The notes beneath the pieces were generated by a model. It was not told the DNA's origin. It worked only from the letters and a program-made list of their open reading frames with translations, and did no database searches. DNA of 49,437 nt, counting the filler, from Jimgerdemannia flammicorona (Eukaryota), in assembly GCA_003990765.1 (NCBI GenBank). It is 2 parts of 2 records of this genome, joined end to end, with 100 filler letters (N's around TTAATTAATTAA, not from the genome) between each part and the next. Parts side by side here need not be neighbours in the genome. Positions count along the whole stretch, not along the records: positions 24,772 to 49,437 come from RBNJ01000945.1; 1 more part is not named here. One strand, written 5' to 3'. The position numbers were made by a program, and so were the translations under genes. How positions within the stretch are numbered: the first letter of the stretch is position 1; every line of letters begins with the position of its first letter. Shown piece by piece: positions 45,450-49,437 of the stretch.

Positions 45450-48400
45450 ACAACCTCCAAGCCACTGAAATTACATGTCACCCTCTGAACAAACCACTGA
45501 AATCACACACGACCTCTGAACAAATCTGGAAATCACCTGCTTGATCACGAAGCTGAGTCAAACTAAAGTCACAGTGCACAAAGCTGAGTCAATATGTAGT
45601 CACAGAACACAAGATTTATACAAACAGAATCTTACCAATCAGGATTAAATGTATATATACCGAGCACCGAGATGCGTCAAATCAGAAAACCAAAAACAAA
45701 CAAACAACTACAACTTCCAAACACACAAACATGACCACTGAGATCTACAACCATATCCGCGCTGACATTTGGAATGCCATGGTCAACCAAGCCACACCCT
45801 CTCTGCCCCTCATGAATATCCATAGCCTGGCACCACTCTACTTTGTGGAAGCCCAATGGAATGCTCTGAACATGCTTAGTGAGGGCCACCGAATCGGACA
45901 AATCTCAAGCTACTACCAGATCAGCTGTCTCCTGAAAGACATGGTCAAACACCACCATGATACAGACATTACCCAGATGTCTCAACACCAGAAGCTCATC
46001 ACCCACAAACATCGAGAACTCTTCTACAAGTACAGTATCTTTATTCCCCGCCTCTGAGTCACTACCAGTGAAATGGTTGCTACCCTGTCCTATGGTCAAA
46101 TCAATGACATGATACAAGAACTCAACCAAAAATATCTCGAGTACATCGAAACCACAGACAGAACCTTCCCACACCCCAATGATCATATCCTGCAAATGCC
46201 CCAAGTTGGATACCGCATGAAGGACATCTACGATATAATCCACTTCGATGAAGACAAAGCAGAAGACAATGATCCCTCTGATGCCGACATGACCTCTAGC
46301 CAAGGATCTCTGCCAACCCTGATCACTCCACCAACCTTGCCAATGAACTTACAACAGTTCATAACTACATACAAGACTTATTGGGACAATGACCACTGGC
46401 ACAAATACCAACCTGCGCTCACTCCTAATTACTTCAACTACAATGAAGAGACCGGAGAACACAATCTGTACCTCTAGACAACCCTCGAGATTGAACCAAC
46501 CACTCCACCACCTGAGTATAAGCGACATGAACCACAGCCACCAGCTTACTACAATCCTGCAACTCATAGTGCTGTAACCTATAGAAGGTATGCAGACAGT
46601 GAATCTGATGGAAGTGAAGACAATACACCCATCCTTTGTCCACCAACACCTTATCCAGCCTACGAGACAGATGATGCAATCCTGTGGGATGGAGACGAAG
46701 TCCCAATGTACTACTACCTCAGCAAACAAGGAGAAGTAATTCGCGAACCACTCTTCCTAGACGACTACTTTATCAGAGATGATATTATTGATGGTGATGT
46801 TATCGAAAACTACCCAGACAGTACCTAAACCTATAAATAGCCTAGCAGTCATAGTATAGTTAGATTAGTCTTATACAATATGACTGTGAACTGACTCAGC
46901 AGTCAGACAATCTCTTGACATATCAGATCACACTTATACTATGTGACTGCATTCTGACTCAGCAAAGCACTTAGTGCTACATCCATATCTAGCATAGTCC
47001 AGATAGCCCCTCACTAATATAAATACCCCCTCCCCCAGACCTCAGAATCTCAGACTCGAACACACAAGAACATTCCTGAATACTTCCCCACAATATCCCT
47101 TTACACAAATACTCCTAGTATAGCAATATTATGAATAGCAAATAAACCTATTCCATAACCCACAAACTACTCTTAAGTAAATCCGCTCCCTGTTAGGTCC
47201 CACTTCTAACCCTGTCACGAAATTTCCTAATTGGGTATTGTCTGCAGTGATATGCCAATTCAACTAAGCTGGTCTTAGTTCCTTGAACTTCCTGAAATAC
47301 AGAAAATCCTGAACATTCAGAACTAGACAAAAAAGGACTTTGGTTGAGATGTCAACTTGATCTTGAAATCAATAAGCATAGAGGACATACTCCATATGAA
47401 ATTGATCTTGACCATAAGAAAATGGTCTTCCAGAACATCCAGAATATCCAGAAAACCTTTCCAGAACTATATATGGTCACCCTAAAAAGTAACCCTCTTA
47501 CAACTTAGTAGCAGTGGTTTACAATCCAATTCCACTTCAAGATGCTTCCTTACCCCACTACAAACCCTTCTGAGAATTCCTACAAGTTGGTATAAAGCCC
47601 AACCTCTGAACTGGAATTTATCCTGAACTATCTGACAATCTGGAGAGAATTGAACCTAATGTACAAGGACAATTTGACCTCCATACCTACAACAAGTGGG
47701 ATAAACTTCATTCAAAGAAAGAAGTACTCTGGTTAAACCAGCAAATAGGCAAAACCCTATTCACCAAACTCCTTGCACTACACCCCACAAGTCAAGACAA
47801 AGAAGGTCTTATTGAAGACTTCTTTACTCTTCTCAATAAGAGTTTTGTCAGCTCAACAAATCTGAGCAACCTAGGCCAACCAGCAGCAGTCTTTCTAGCC
47901 TTAGTTTCTCATGAAGCCCAAGCCTCTGTGGCCAAGTGGCTCAACTCTACCGACTTCCACCATACCAGGACCAAGACTGCATTATACTCCCAATTCCAGA
48001 ATAACAAGGCCCACCATATTCTTAAGGAAGAAGCAAGAGAAACCCTTCACCAACTACCTGACCCTGAACCTGAAGCAGGCCCTGCTACAACCCTACCTGA
48101 ATCTGAAACCAATATCAAACCAGAACTTGACTTTGAATTAAGTCCATCTGAAATCAGATATACAACTGATTCTGTCTACTTTGACGCTGAGCAAACCCAA
48201 TTAGACAGAGACCAAACTGAAGAAGAGGAGGAGTATCTTACTGAATTCGATCCCGGGTATACCACAGAAGGAGATGCACTCCCAGGAGGACAGAATACAC
48301 CTACACAGCAACAAACAGTTATCTATCAAGCCCTCACTCCAGATCCACAACTATTACTCCAGCAACTTACACAGACCCAAAGAACCCCATCACACTCTGC

Positions 48401-49437
48401 ACCAGTACCTCAAGTAGTATCAGTAATACCACTACCCACAGTCTAATCGCCTCCAGTAAACAACATGGCAAACCAACAGATTCTAGACCTTACAGCCCAA
48501 GTAGCTATAATGGCAGCAACCATTACTGCCTTAGCTGAACAGACTCGACCTACAAAAAATCTGAGCCTACCTACCTTCAATGGTACTGCACAAGAAGTCC
48601 AAAGCTTCATTAGTGTAGTTGACACCAACTTTGAAGCCAATCAATGGACTAATGAGCAAGTTGCTGACTGTGTTCTGATAAACAATCAAGACCACACCCT
48701 GGAACAACTCTTTGCTACCACTACAGCCTATATCTGCTGAGTTGTTACATTCTTTCGAGGACCTGCCGAAGAATGGTGGCGAACCCTTCCTGAAAACCCC
48801 CTCATATGGGATACCCGACCTGCAGTAGTTGCTCAGAATACAGCAAACAATACCCCATGATATGGAGCCCATCCTGCAGCCCCTGGACTCAAACAACTCA
48901 TGATTGCTCAATACCGCAGCGAAACCATGATTGCCGAATCTCGAGTAAAACTCCACAACCTCAAATTTGATATACATGGCAAAGAAGAATTCGAAACCTT
49001 CTGTACAAAACTCAAGTCACTCCTGAACACTGTTGGCCTAGGATACATTACCAATGATGAAGCACGAAATGGTACAAGAGCAGACCATTTATTTGATGCT
49101 CTGCCTGAATGACTTACTAGAAAAATCCAAGAGCAAGGCTGCCCAGTTGGTTGTGATCACCAACAATGGTGCCTGGCAAGAATCAAGACTATGGTCAAGC
49201 GAATCCTAACAGCTGGACCAATTCTACCTCGAAGACAATTTAACAACAAGGAAAAGACTTGGACCAGGAAAGAAGAACCCAAGCATGAAGCATCCCAAGC
49301 TCCCTCCACATCCACCTCTTGGACATCCAGAAACCCTGAACCCACCCAGCTCAGTACCTTTAAGAAACTTACTGAAGGCGAAAGGAATGAACTCGAAGAA
49401 GTGGAGCATGCTTCTATTCCTTTTTTTTTTTTTTTTT
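45441..49437 (+). mobile_element. Ty3/Gypsy family B, copy B2: ~2.06-kb 5' LTR (45441-47502), PBS and gag; runs off the window
   Basis: TGTAAG...CTTACA termini. 46756-49410 is colinear with B1 (39334-41990) but less mutated. Confidence 0.88.
45731..46828 (+). pseudogene. ~365-codon ORF of unknown function inside the putative family-B LTR
   Basis: Single frame MTTEIYNHIRADIWNAMV...FIPRL*VTTSEMVATL...HNLYL*TTLEIEP...LDDYFIRDDIIDGDVIENYPDST with TAA at 46826-46828. The two internal stops are TGA and TAG (CGA/CAG-derived). A TATA-like element lies at ~45652. Confidence 0.75.

Overview
Eukaryotic, fungal, repeat-rich genomic DNA. The gene and TE families resemble Mucoromycota (Endogonales/Glomeromycotina); this taxonomy is an inference. 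Two contigs are joined by an artificial 100-nt N/TTAATTAATTAA spacer at 24672-24771. The left contig has the 5' end of NOP14 followed by decayed genes: an intron-less tandem-HIT gene that reads best with TGA=Trp (candidate transfer from a Mollicutes endobacterium), REase/PD-(D/E)xK genes, an IS630/Tc1-like transposase and a deleted 28S rRNA fragment. The most striking feature is three paralogues of a gene that starts with a histone-H3 N-terminal-tail mimic (MARTK/RQTAK.ST.G.A). Each has its own tandem array in the intron after that exon, and copies 2 and 3 continue into a PHD/ADD-like Cys-His finger and further shared domains. The right contig is a nest of transposons. A 13.7-kb hAT element (8-bp TSD) contains a poly(A) retroposon, a solo LTR and a full-length dUTPase-bearing Ty3/Gypsy with an extra 3' ORF. 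It is followed by two copies of a second dUTPase-bearing Ty3/Gypsy family whose ~2.06-kb LTR appears to contain a ~365-codon ORF. Most repeats and pseudogenes show strong C>T/G>A decay.
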